DNA of 64,000 nt. It comes from Candidatus Dojkabacteria bacterium. GTDB taxonomy: Bacteria; Patescibacteriota; Dojkabacteria; JAOAGR01. This document shows positions 1-9,065 of the stretch, piece by piece (within the stretch, counting starts at the first letter, position 1; every line of letters begins with the position of its first letter). The translations under genes were made by a program, and so were the position numbers. The notes under the pieces are model-generated. The model made no database searches. It saw only the letters and a program-made list of their open reading frames with translations, and was not told the DNA's origin. Location: the NCBI GenBank assembly GCA_026415655.1, contig JAOAGR010000008.1:551-64550 (forward strand), given 5' to 3'.

Positions 1-380
1 CTAGTTTTTGATACTGGTACAGAAGTAATCAGATCGATAAAATCAAAATTTATCTTATGAAACTCATCTGCATCTATTAATAATTCAAACAATACATCAA
101 TTAAATTTATATATTTTGCAAATTTCGCATATGAAATAAGTTTAAATAAAATACTATTATAATGATAAAAATAAAATGCTTTTTCTAAGTTTGTTTTACT
201 CTTGTATCTTTTCTTTATAACCCAATTTGAGCTTGGCTTTCTTGAAACATAGCATTCTGGCTTGTATTTTTTGAGTGTACTACGACATGTATTACATAAA
301 AAATCGCTTCTATAAAGCCCACAAGCAACACACTTTTTAGGAAAAAGAAAATCAACTAAAGAAGAGAAGATATTTTTCAT
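1..380 (-). CDS. ComF-family protein, N-terminal fragment (CDS runs off the window start). It has a double zinc-ribbon followed by the beginning of a phosphoribosyltransferase domain.
   Basis: Minus-strand ATG at 378-380. My own translation reads MKNIFSSLVDFLFPKKCVACG...LCNTCRS, giving the CxxC...CxxC double zinc-ribbon typical of ComFC N-termini. The open frame continues past position 1. The ORF track omits it because it is incomplete. Confidence 0.45.
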   Translation of the reverse strand, partial: MKNIFSSLVDFLFPKKCVACGLYRSDFLCNTCRSTLKKYKPECYVSRKPSSNWVIKKRYKSKTNLEKAFYFYHYNSILFKLISYAKFAKYINLIDVLFELLIDADEFHKINFDFIDLITSVPVSKT

Positions 381-394
381 AAAAAACGAAAAAT

Positions 395-471
395 TGGAGC
401 GGGTGATCGGGCTCGAACCGACAACCTTCTCCTTGGAAGGGAGACATTCTAGCCAATTGAACTACACCCGC
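395..471 (-). tRNA. tRNA-Gly (anticodon UCC)
   Basis: The reverse complement folds as a cloverleaf: acceptor GCGGGTG/CACCCGC, anticodon loop CTTCCAA, T-loop TTCGAGC, encoded CCA. Confidence 0.8.
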
Positions 472-505
472 ATATAGAATTGATTTTACACTAAAATAGA
501 GTTTT

Positions 506-1096
506 TTAGAAGAGACCATTACCACCTGCATCCTCTATATCTGGATTAGATTTAGAACTGTTGTTGGATTTTTTCTTAAAATATTCATTCAAATTCAGAT
601 CAACTCTTATTTTTTCTCCCAATCCGTCAAAATAATAGAGACAATTATTAGAAACCAAAAACTCATAAATACGCCTGGTAATGTCAACATCATTATCACA
701 GTATTCTTTCAATTTCTCTAATTGACCAAGTTTATAAAACCTTACTGCTTCTAATCCATGAGCATTTTTTCCTTCACCCAAAGTGGCATGAGCAATATTA
801 TCTAGTTTTAGATACAATCCATGCTCTTCAACCAAAATCATAAAAATATCAACCAACTTTTTGGAATTCCAATCAAAACTAAAATATCTATCTAATACTG
901 GTATATCATAACCTAGTATATTATATCCAACTATTTCGTTGGCGTCCTGTAAATCTTGTAAAAAATTATTTAATTGATCTTCAAAATAACCCTTTAAAAC
1001 TCCCTCGTCAGAGCGAAATACGCCAACATAGGAAACTCCATTATCTCGAAAATCGGGCATTATATCTTTTGCTTCTGTATCAAATACTAAATACAT
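506..1096 (-). CDS. DEDDy-type 3'-5' exonuclease domain protein (RNase H-like fold)
   Basis: Exo motifs: LVFDTEA (Exo I), YNILGYDIPVLD (Exo II), YCDND (Y-x3-D, Exo III). I moved the start to the second Met (MYLVFDTE) at 1096 so it does not overlap the upstream ORF. Confidence 0.6.
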   Translation of the reverse strand: MYLVFDTEAKDIMPDFRDNGVSYVGVFRSDEGVLKGYFEDQLNNFLQDLQDANEIVGYNILGYDIPVLDRYFSFDWNSKKLVDIFMILVEEHGLYLKLDNIAHATLGEGKNAHGLEAVRFYKLGQLEKLKEYCDNDVDITRRIYEFLVSNNCLYYFDGLGEKIRVDLNLNEYFKKKSNNSSKSNPDIEDAGGNGLF

Positions 1097-1104
1097 GTCC
1101 GATA

Positions 1105-2034
1105 TTATAAGAAATTTATATAAATAATCAATACAAAGAAAATTGATAAAATAAGAAAAAGCAAACATCCAATAAACTGGAGAATAGAAAAAATAAAATA
1201 TTTAACTATTCGAATAATAAAATTTTCTTTTTTTTCAGGGTTATCATTATTTTTTATAACGACTCTTTCGACAATTTTAATAGGTTCTAATTTTTTATCT
1301 GCTTTTTGATCGTTCAAATGTGTAGAGTAAAGACTCGATAAAGAAATTCGCGATTTTTCTTCAGGACTCTTCGGCGATGTAGTTTCCTGCTGACCTACAT
1401 TTGTAGAGTAATAATTTTCACCACGGTCAATATAATTTTTCTCATCAGATTTATTTATTAAATCTTGTTCATTTTTTTGATAGGAAACTTGTAGACTAGG
1501 TTGCTCTATATTTGGCGTACCATTGCTTTTGTCTATATAGATTGTATCTTTTAAATCCAGTTCTGGATAAACTTTAGATTCAAAATGAGGACCATTATTA
1601 CGCCCATTTAGATTTGTGTCATTAGTATTAATTTGTGATAGAATATTATCGTTAATAAAACCCAAGCTTACTTCAGAAACTGAATCTTTTGCACCAGCCT
1701 CTACATGCGGATGAGAAGTATGAAATTGATTTATTCTATCTTTTTCCTCCTCGGTATACGAAGTCTCTCTTATAGGCCTAGGTGCCGTTTTTGCGTATCG
1801 TTGTGTGTCTATATCATTGGTATCTATATTATTAGCAATAAAATCTTGTTTTCTATTATTAAATGATGAAGAAATAGTAGAAACACCTCGTACAATGAGC
1901 CTTCTTGGCTGTACTGACGGTCCCTCTTTTATATTTTTTGGCAAGCCAATGAAGTCTTTTGACCTTTTTCTAGGATCTATTTCTTCTTCTTTCTTTAAAT
2001 ATTTTATTGAATTTTGTTCTTTTTCCTCATTCAT
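1105..2034 (-). CDS. Hypothetical membrane-anchored protein with one N-terminal TM helix and a low-complexity, polar ectodomain
   Basis: 309-aa ORF. Hydrophobic N-terminus FIFSILQFIGCLLFLILSIFFVLIIY. No recognisable catalytic motif. Confidence 0.45.
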   Translation of the reverse strand: MNEEKEQNSIKYLKKEEEIDPRKRSKDFIGLPKNIKEGPSVQPRRLIVRGVSTISSSFNNRKQDFIANNIDTNDIDTQRYAKTAPRPIRETSYTEEEKDRINQFHTSHPHVEAGAKDSVSEVSLGFINDNILSQINTNDTNLNGRNNGPHFESKVYPELDLKDTIYIDKSNGTPNIEQPSLQVSYQKNEQDLINKSDEKNYIDRGENYYSTNVGQQETTSPKSPEEKSRISLSSLYSTHLNDQKADKKLEPIKIVERVVIKNNDNPEKKENFIIRIVKYFIFSILQFIGCLLFLILSIFFVLIIYINFL

Positions 2035-2713
2035 TACATTTTTTATTTTCCAAAAATAATCTGATACTTTGACCTGTGGTAAGTAAATTATCTAAAAACT
2101 TTTCTGATATATTTTCAGTGTTTGGGACAAAAGAAAGTTGCGCCATTGAAACTTCATAAATGTCTTCAGAATTTTTGATTATAGTTATAGCTATTAATTT
2201 TAATCTATGTATAGGCAAATTACACTTATTTGACCAGAGATATAAACTTTTAGTTTGTATTGAAACATTATAGGGATTAGAAATATTAATAACTTTAAAA
2301 TTCTCATTAATTTCATTAAAAAGCTGGTTAAGATCACCATAATTGTAATATGTCTTATTTTTTGTAACAAAGTCATTGACTTTTCTTTCTATCTCTTGAA
2401 CAGAAGTACCACAATACTCAAACTTTATATTAAAAGAACCGACATATTTATAACCGAACTCATCGATATATCTGCCGATACGATATAAAATATCTAATGA
2501 TGTATGCAATGGTAGAATACTCTTCATTTTGTCTATTTTGTTACCATCATTCTTTGCATCATAATTAATTGTATTTACTTCACATTCTATTAAATCAGAT
2601 AGACTAATTTCCTTAGCATTGACACTTTTAATAGGATTAAAACCAAATACAATAAACAATATCAAAAGAACATAACCTAAAAACGAAAATATTTTAATAA
2701 CAAACTTCGTCAC
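2027..2713 (-). CDS. Hypothetical secreted or membrane-anchored protein
   Basis: 228-aa ORF with a signal-anchor (LGYVLLILFIVFGF). No recognisable domain. Confidence 0.45.
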   Translation of the reverse strand: MTKFVIKIFSFLGYVLLILFIVFGFNPIKSVNAKEISLSDLIECEVNTINYDAKNDGNKIDKMKSILPLHTSLDILYRIGRYIDEFGYKYVGSFNIKFEYCGTSVQEIERKVNDFVTKNKTYYNYGDLNQLFNEINENFKVINISNPYNVSIQTKSLYLWSNKCNLPIHRLKLIAITIIKNSEDIYEVSMAQLSFVPNTENISEKFLDNLLTTGQSIRLFLENKKCNE

Positions 2714-2792
2714 ATATAAATCATAGAAATATTAAAGTTTATAATCAAGTAACTAGATGTAAGATGATGATTTTTAGTATATACTAAAGAGT

Positions 2793-3614
2793 ATGGATTT
2801 TCTTGATAAAGATACCAAAAGACTTCTTATTGCTATAGCTGTTTTCATTGTAGTAGCTTTAGTAGTTTTACCATCATTTTTAAGTGGTAATATGTTCAGA
2901 TTTCCGGGTTCCGATATATTAGGAAATATAGCTGGAGGAGTAAGAGAAAGTGCCAAAAGCAATCCTTTTATCAATAACAATAAAACCATTACTTCAAAGA
3001 AGGATTATAAATTAGAAAACGATGTTGACTATTCAATAAATATAGAAACAAATAAAGGAAAAATTAAAATAGATTTATTTGAAAATTACGCTCCCAAAAA
3101 TACGGCAAACATACTAAGTTTGGTTGAAAGCAATGTTTATTCCAATGTTTTTTTTCAAAAGAGCAATAAAGTAGTACTAACAAAAACTAACGTAAATATA
3201 GATTATAACGTGGAAGATGAAATAAATGCAGATTATTTAGGACTAAATTCTATATATGTAAGAGATGCCTACTTTTTGAGATCAATATATGATCCAAACA
3301 ATCCTAATACCAAAAATTTCTCTCCAGAAAATCTCACAAAATATGAAGAACTAACATTAAAACAGTTTTACAGCAACATACTTGGATATAAATATAATCC
3401 CTCTCTTCAGACACCAAGAGCACAAAAATATATGGTATATATGATCTCTTCCGGTCCTAATACCAATAAAGCAGACTTTTTTATTCTAATGACTGCCGAC
3501 AATCCTGAGATAGATGGTAGATTTACACCAGTGGGTGTTGTAAGAGAGGGAATGGATATTTTAGAACAACAGAATAATATCCAAATTAAAAACATTGATA
3601 TTGTAAAGCAATAA
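2793..3614 (+). CDS. Cyclophilin-type peptidyl-prolyl cis-trans isomerase, membrane-anchored, with a large internal insertion
   Basis: N-terminal TM helix. IETNKGKIKIDLFENYAPKNTANI matches the cyclophilin N-terminal strand (E. coli PpiB HTNHGDIVIKTFDDKAPETVKNF). MISSGPNTNKADFFILMTADNPEIDGRFTPVGVVREGMDIL matches the SMANAGPNTNGSQFFI...GKVVEGMDVV core. Confidence 0.7.
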   Translation: MDFLDKDTKRLLIAIAVFIVVALVVLPSFLSGNMFRFPGSDILGNIAGGVRESAKSNPFINNNKTITSKKDYKLENDVDYSINIETNKGKIKIDLFENYAPKNTANILSLVESNVYSNVFFQKSNKVVLTKTNVNIDYNVEDEINADYLGLNSIYVRDAYFLRSIYDPNNPNTKNFSPENLTKYEELTLKQFYSNILGYKYNPSLQTPRAQKYMVYMISSGPNTNKADFFILMTADNPEIDGRFTPVGVVREGMDILEQQNNIQIKNIDIVKQ

Positions 3615-3617
3615 ATT

Positions 3618-4148
3618 ATGGACAAAAGAAAGGTAAAAATCGGGATATTATTGGGTACCACACGTTTAGGCAGGCAATCAGAAAAAGTATATAAATATAT
3701 AAGCGAATTGTTAGAACACAAATTTAGCGAGGAAGTAGAAATCTTTTTATTTGATATTAGATTTTTATTTTCACAATTTGATAAAAATAATTTTAGCTTT
3801 AACAAAGAAGCAATAGAAAAATATCAAGATTTTATAAAGAAAATTGATGGTCTGATATTGATTTCGCCAGAATATAATCATTCATTTCCTGGTGAATTAA
3901 AAATGGTTTTAGATTTAGAATATCAAATTTATAGAAATAAACCTGTAATTGTTGTCGGAGTTTCTTCTGGCCCCATAGGCGGAGCAAGAATGTGCGAGTC
4001 ACTAATCCCAGTACTAAGGACTATAGGTTTTCGTGTTTATCAATATGATATTTTATTTCCAAATATAAATAACTACAACTTTGAAGACTCAAGAGAGGAA
4101 GAGAGACTTTTGAAACAACTGAAAGATTTTATACATACAATAAATTAA
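3618..4148 (+). CDS. NAD(P)H-dependent FMN reductase family (flavodoxin-like fold)
   Basis: VKIGILLGTTRLGRQSEKV resembles the N-terminal Rossmann-like strand. ILISPEYNHSFPGELKMVLD matches the PEYNxSxPGxLKNxxD signature of the FMN_red family. Confidence 0.65.
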   Translation: MDKRKVKIGILLGTTRLGRQSEKVYKYISELLEHKFSEEVEIFLFDIRFLFSQFDKNNFSFNKEAIEKYQDFIKKIDGLILISPEYNHSFPGELKMVLDLEYQIYRNKPVIVVGVSSGPIGGARMCESLIPVLRTIGFRVYQYDILFPNINNYNFEDSREEERLLKQLKDFIHTIN

Positions 4149-4158
4149 ATATCAAAAA

Positions 4159-7044
4159 ATGAGTGAATATATTTTTGGATTTTTTGGACTGGCTGTATTC
4201 ATCCTACTTTTCATTTTTTTCTTTATATGGATTACAAAGAGTAATGTAATTAAAATATCGTTTAAATATTTATTTACCAACAAAGTTAGTTCCCTCCTCA
4301 GTGTATGTGCTATTACCATAGCTTTTTTCACAATTCACTTCAGTTTGATTTCTCAGTTTAACTTTCTTAATGGAATCGAAAACTATATCCGCAAAATGTA
4401 TGGGGATATCGATGGTGTTATATTTGACCGAACGGGTGGATCAATCTCTATTGAAGTCTATAACAAAATCTCCTCTTCTTTAATCCAAGAACGTATCGAA
4501 ACATTGCCAATATTTTATGATGAGATAAATATAAAGAACAGAAATATATCACTAATTGGAATATATAAGGAACAGAATAGCTTTTCTATAAATGATAACT
4601 TTTATAAAGAAGAGCTTAAAAAACTTATAGAACAAATCGACTCTAATGAGGTCATAATATCTACTGACATAGCCAAACAACTAAATTTAAACCGAAATGA
4701 AAGAATAAATCTTTATGAAAAAGAATATATCATCAAAGAAATAGTCGATCCTAACGGTCTTTTAGGGTTCACAAAGGGTAATCTCAATACAATAGGATCA
4801 ATTATTGTACCAGTAAACTTTGTAGAAAAAAGTCCGAATTTAATACTAGTAAATTCTCTTGATGCATATGATATTGAAGCCCTGACCAGAGTAATACAAC
4901 AAAAGATAGTATTAGCTAAAAATACTCTGGTATTTGATGAACTAAAAGAAAAAACTATTAACTTATTAACAAATGCTGATGCACCGATCCGTCACTCACA
5001 GCTTATATTTATTGTTTCAATTCCCATATTTTTATCCGCATTATTAGTACTTACCATAATAAGCCTAATGATCATAGATAGAAGGAAAATAGAGATATCA
5101 ACACTAAGAGCCATAGGATACACCAATCTTGATGTAACTCTAATTTTTCTTACAGAATTTTTTATTTATTTATTTGTAGCCTCAATTATACAAATAGTTA
5201 TAATATTTTTATTTGTAAACTTTATAAACAATTTATGGCTAGAAAATTATATATTTCCAAAGACTTATATTACATATATACAACTAGACAACAACTTAGA
5301 TATTAACATAATATTATTAATTCTTTTTAATACACTATTCTTGGGTAGTATAATTTTTGCACTGATTTTTTCCCGAATTATAAACATTAACATAGCAACA
5401 GGACTGAAAAATATTCCAACTCCCGAATATAAACCATTTAACCTAAAAAATAACACATTTTCTATACTCATAATTTTGTTAGGCATATTGGGTTTAAACA
5501 CAATATTCAATAATTTGATAACGGATCCACTGATTTATGACACTATTTTATATGTATCGCTGATAGGCATACTCGGGGGAAGTATTAATCTCATTAGACA
5601 AATATTTTCCTCTAAAAGATATAAAATTATTAGTTATTCGACATTAGTCTTTATATTCATTTCTATTTTTTCCCTAAGTACAGACCTTTTTAAAAGCCTA
5701 AAAACTGATCTAATTTTCATAATATCAAATGCTATAATTTTTAGTCTTTCTATAACTATTCTACTTGTATTAAATATAGAAATTTTTACAAAGATATTTA
5801 AATTTATTCAAAATAGAATTTCATATATCGTTATTGGTATAAGATATTCATCGATATCACCATTTAAGACAATTTTATTTGTTTGTATTATAACTATTTT
5901 ATTAATTACGCCGGGAATAGGGCTTCTAATCAATCAATATATTTTTTCAGAACAGAAGAAAATAATCGAAAATCTACAATATAATCTTATTGTCAATGAC
6001 CCATTGAATACTTTGAACTTAGATGTATTAAACAATGAAAAAATTCAGACTATTGGAATGATCAGCTCCCAAGGTATTTTTATGCCTGAATACACATACT
6101 CTCAAATAGAATATTTTGATCCAAAAGCACCCTTACCGGTTAGAGGTGATGACAAATTTAGAGATGTCTTAACTAGTTTAGATGAGAATCTGTTTGAATC
6201 AATAGGATCGATAGATACAAAGGTATTGAACATAAAGACAGAATTTTTAGAAAATGATAGATATGTTTTGCTTGGTAGAAATTACAAAAGACGAGCTAGC
6301 AATACAAACTTACGTCCTGAATTAAAAATAGGCGATAAAGTAAAAATAGAATTCTTTGACGGTACAACGATTGAAAGAGAAGTAATAGGTATAATTGATA
6401 TACCGAAAGGTTTCGAATATTCAGAACAATTTTTAAATTTTGCCAATCTGGGAAATTATGGGATATACATTTCGAATATAGACGCAATTAATCTCACAGA
6501 AAATAAAAATATCTTACTACCAAGAGTATTTTATGTAAAGACGAAGGATCACGAATTGCCAAGTGAATTAGTTGATAAAATAAAAACATATACAGGAACA
6601 ACTATAATTAATCAACTAGATAAAGTAAATGAAAATATAGCAATTTCAAACAACATCCTGTCTTTGGTAAACAAAGGTGTAATCATTAGCTTTATATTAG
6701 TCACTTTATCTATAAGTATACTGATAATTAAATCAATTATAGACAAACACGAACAAGTATCTATTTTATGGTTTATAGGAAAAAGTAAGAATTTTATAGC
6801 GAGCATATTTGCTACAGAATACATAACGTTCATTTTAGTATCAGTTTTCGTAACAATATGTATCTTCTGTTTTTTGTATTTATTAGTCCCACAGATATTT
6901 AACTTTATTAAAATAGAAGAATTTTTAATATCCTATCTTGATATCTCAAAAATTTTTATATTCATCTCACTAATCTATATCTTAGTCCCATTCATTAAAA
7001 TGTATACCACAAACAATTTCAATATAAAATCAAAAGTAGAATGA
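4159..7044 (+). CDS. ABC transporter permease of the MacB/FtsX family, with two fused FtsX modules
   Basis: 961 aa. The layout repeats twice: a TM helix, a large extracytoplasmic domain of about 250 aa, then a 3-4 TM FtsX-like bundle. The stop overlaps the start of the downstream ABC ATPase (ATGA). Confidence 0.65.
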   Translation: MSEYIFGFFGLAVFILLFIFFFIWITKSNVIKISFKYLFTNKVSSLLSVCAITIAFFTIHFSLISQFNFLNGIENYIRKMYGDIDGVIFDRTGGSISIEVYNKISSSLIQERIETLPIFYDEINIKNRNISLIGIYKEQNSFSINDNFYKEELKKLIEQIDSNEVIISTDIAKQLNLNRNERINLYEKEYIIKEIVDPNGLLGFTKGNLNTIGSIIVPVNFVEKSPNLILVNSLDAYDIEALTRVIQQKIVLAKNTLVFDELKEKTINLLTNADAPIRHSQLIFIVSIPIFLSALLVLTIISLMIIDRRKIEISTLRAIGYTNLDVTLIFLTEFFIYLFVASIIQIVIIFLFVNFINNLWLENYIFPKTYITYIQLDNNLDINIILLILFNTLFLGSIIFALIFSRIININIATGLKNIPTPEYKPFNLKNNTFSILIILLGILGLNTIFNNLITDPLIYDTILYVSLIGILGGSINLIRQIFSSKRYKIISYSTLVFIFISIFSLSTDLFKSLKTDLIFIISNAIIFSLSITILLVLNIEIFTKIFKFIQNRISYIVIGIRYSSISPFKTILFVCIITILLITPGIGLLINQYIFSEQKKIIENLQYNLIVNDPLNTLNLDVLNNEKIQTIGMISSQGIFMPEYTYSQIEYFDPKAPLPVRGDDKFRDVLTSLDENLFESIGSIDTKVLNIKTEFLENDRYVLLGRNYKRRASNTNLRPELKIGDKVKIEFFDGTTIEREVIGIIDIPKGFEYSEQFLNFANLGNYGIYISNIDAINLTENKNILLPRVFYVKTKDHELPSELVDKIKTYTGTTIINQLDKVNENIAISNNILSLVNKGVIISFILVTLSISILIIKSIIDKHEQVSILWFIGKSKNFIASIFATEYITFILVSVFVTICIFCFLYLLVPQIFNFIKIEEFLISYLDISKIFIFISLIYILVPFIKMYTTNNFNIKSKVE

Positions 7045-7748
7045 AAGAGAAGAAAAACAAAAATATAAAAAAAGAAATTATTTTATCAGTCAGAAATTTG
7101 TCAAAAAACTACCGTGATTATGATAAATATTTGGAGGTACTCAAAGGGTTGAATTTAGATATATATAAAGGTGAAATAATCGCAATCACAGGTCCTTCTG
7201 GATCGGGTAAAACAACTTTTTTAAATTGTATATCAACCATTGATTCGTTCGATGATGGAGAAGTAATATTTGATGGAAAAAACATATCATCAATGAGCGA
7301 GAAAGAAAAAAATAAGTTTAGATCATATAATATGGGGTTTGTCTTTCAGAATTATAATTTGATTAGTGTATTATCAGCTCTAGAAAATGTGCAATTAAGC
7401 CTCTCAAATAAAAAAGAGCATCTTCTCAATAGCATTCAAATTTCGAAAGAAATACTAGAAAAAGTGGGATTAGGTGATAGACTACACAACAAACCAGATC
7501 AGCTTTCTGGGGGTGAAAAACAGCGCGTTGCTATAGCAAGAGCTTTAGTACACAAGCCTAAAATAGTCTTTGCAGATGAGCCTACAGGTAATCTGGATAG
7601 CAAATCAAGCGAAGATATAATGAATTTAATCCTACAAATGAATCAAGAGTATGGTGTAACATTTGTTATTGTTACGCACAACAGTATGGTCGCATCAAAA
7701 GCGCATAGGGTATTTAGACTTAAAAATGGTAAACTAGAGAAAGTATAA
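7041..7748 (+). CDS. ABC transporter ATP-binding protein (MacB/LolD-like)
   Basis: Walker [13 protein letters not shown] signature [15 protein letters not shown], Walker [14 protein letters not shown]-loop VTHN. Confidence 0.85.
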   Translation: MKEKKNKNIKKEIILSVRNLSKNYRDYDKYLEVLKGLNLDIYKGEIIAITGPSGSGKTTFLNCISTIDSFDDGEVIFDGKNISSMSEKEKNKFRSYNMGFVFQNYNLISVLSALENVQLSLSNKKEHLLNSIQISKEILEKVGLGDRLHNKPDQLSGGEKQRVAIARALVHKPKIVFADEPTGNLDSKSSEDIMNLILQMNQEYGVTFVIVTHNSMVASKAHRVFRLKNGKLEKV

Positions 7749-8179
7749 TGAGCAAACACATCATTGGTGAAAAAGATAATCAATATCGTTATAAAGTTTG
7801 GATGGAACAAGCAACATTTGATCTCGCAGCGGCCCATATTAGTTTAAATAATAGCTTTTTTGAATGGTCATGCTTTCAATCTCAGCAAGCCGCCGAAAAA
7901 GCACTAAAAGCACTCATAGCATATCATGGAAAATCAGTACCAAAAGTTCATAAATTAGGGGTTTTGGTGGGTATGATAAAAAGCTTCGAATATAGACTGA
8001 GAGGTATACATATTGATATTTCTGAATTGCAATCTTATACTTTTATCACAAGGTATCCATTTTTAATACCAGGAGAGGCAAAAACACCTCATAAATATAT
8101 AAAAAAAGAAGAAGCAGAAATATGCATAAAGAAAGCAACAATTATTTTAAATTTGATCCAAGGATTATTAGACGAATAA
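7748..8179 (+). CDS. HEPN domain protein (classical PF05168-type)
   Basis: ATFDLAAAHISLNNSFFEWSCFQSQQAAEKALKALIAYHG matches the HEPN helix-turn motif (A..DL..A....YNWACFHAQQAAEKALKA). Its start shares one nucleotide with the ABC ATPase stop (TAATG). Confidence 0.7.
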   Translation: MSKHIIGEKDNQYRYKVWMEQATFDLAAAHISLNNSFFEWSCFQSQQAAEKALKALIAYHGKSVPKVHKLGVLVGMIKSFEYRLRGIHIDISELQSYTFITRYPFLIPGEAKTPHKYIKKEEAEICIKKATIILNLIQGLLDE

Positions 8180-8577
8180 ATCAGGCCGTAGAAACGATTA
8201 AAAGTATATTTGGAACTAATATTATAGAAATATGTCTATTTGGTAGTTATTGTCTAAATAGGTTTCACCAATATTCATCAATTGATATCTTGGTAATCTT
8301 ACATGAATGCGATATGGAATTTATAAAAAGAAAAGTTGAATTAGAAAGAATACTAAATGAAGATTATTTGGTACCACTTATAGATCCTTTAGTATATACA
8401 GAAGCAGAAGTAATTTCATTACTGAAAGAAAAAGATAGCTTTATGGATTCCGTGATACAAGAAGCCGTAGTACTTTATAACGGATTTAATGAAATAAATA
8501 TAGAAAAGTTATCAGCATCCACAATTATTAAATCAAGATATTTAACCGCTTCTCCAAAATTACAAAAATTGTTATAA
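8122..8577 (+). CDS. Minimal nucleotidyltransferase (MNT) domain protein, partner of the HEPN protein
   Basis: ICLFGSYCLNRFHQYSSIDILVIL matches the LFGSxARGxxxxxSDIDLLV polymerase-beta-type NTase motif. It overlaps the HEPN gene by 58 nt in another frame. Confidence 0.65.
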   Translation: MHKESNNYFKFDPRIIRRINQAVETIKSIFGTNIIEICLFGSYCLNRFHQYSSIDILVILHECDMEFIKRKVELERILNEDYLVPLIDPLVYTEAEVISLLKEKDSFMDSVIQEAVVLYNGFNEINIEKLSASTIIKSRYLTASPKLQKLL

Positions 8578-8587
8578 TCGAGTTCAT

Positions 8588-9055
8588 ATGGTCCAAAAAG
8601 GAGATAAATTAAATCTAGAAAATTTGAATCTTATAAATCAAGATGGTGAAAAAATTTTATTATCAGATGAAAAATATAAATATCTAGTTTTATATTTCTA
8701 TCCAAAAGATATGACACCTGGATGCACAATACAAGCATGCCAGATCAAAGATAATTATGACTTTTTGAAATCCAAAGGAATATTAGTTCTTGGTGTAAGC
8801 AAAGATTCGCAGAAATCACATAAAAGATTTAGAGATACATTTAAATTAAATTTTGATTTGATAATCGATGAAGATGCCTCACTATCAGAATATTTTGGTG
8901 TGGTTAAAGAAAAATCTATGTTTGGTAGAAAATACAAAGGAATAAATCGAACTACATTTATAATAGATCTATCATCTGGAGAAGTACGTGATAGATGGGA
9001 TAACGTAGATCCAAATAAACACATCGACCAAATTAAACAATATTTTAATTTATAA
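8588..9055 (+). CDS. bcp: Thiol peroxidase Bcp (peroxiredoxin, thioredoxin-dependent)
   Basis: LYFYPKDMTPGCTIQAC matches the Bcp FYPKDFTPGCTTEAC active-site motif, on a thioredoxin fold. Confidence 0.8.
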   Translation: MVQKGDKLNLENLNLINQDGEKILLSDEKYKYLVLYFYPKDMTPGCTIQACQIKDNYDFLKSKGILVLGVSKDSQKSHKRFRDTFKLNFDLIIDEDASLSEYFGVVKEKSMFGRKYKGINRTTFIIDLSSGEVRDRWDNVDPNKHIDQIKQYFNL

Positions 9056-9065
9056 ATAAAAATAT

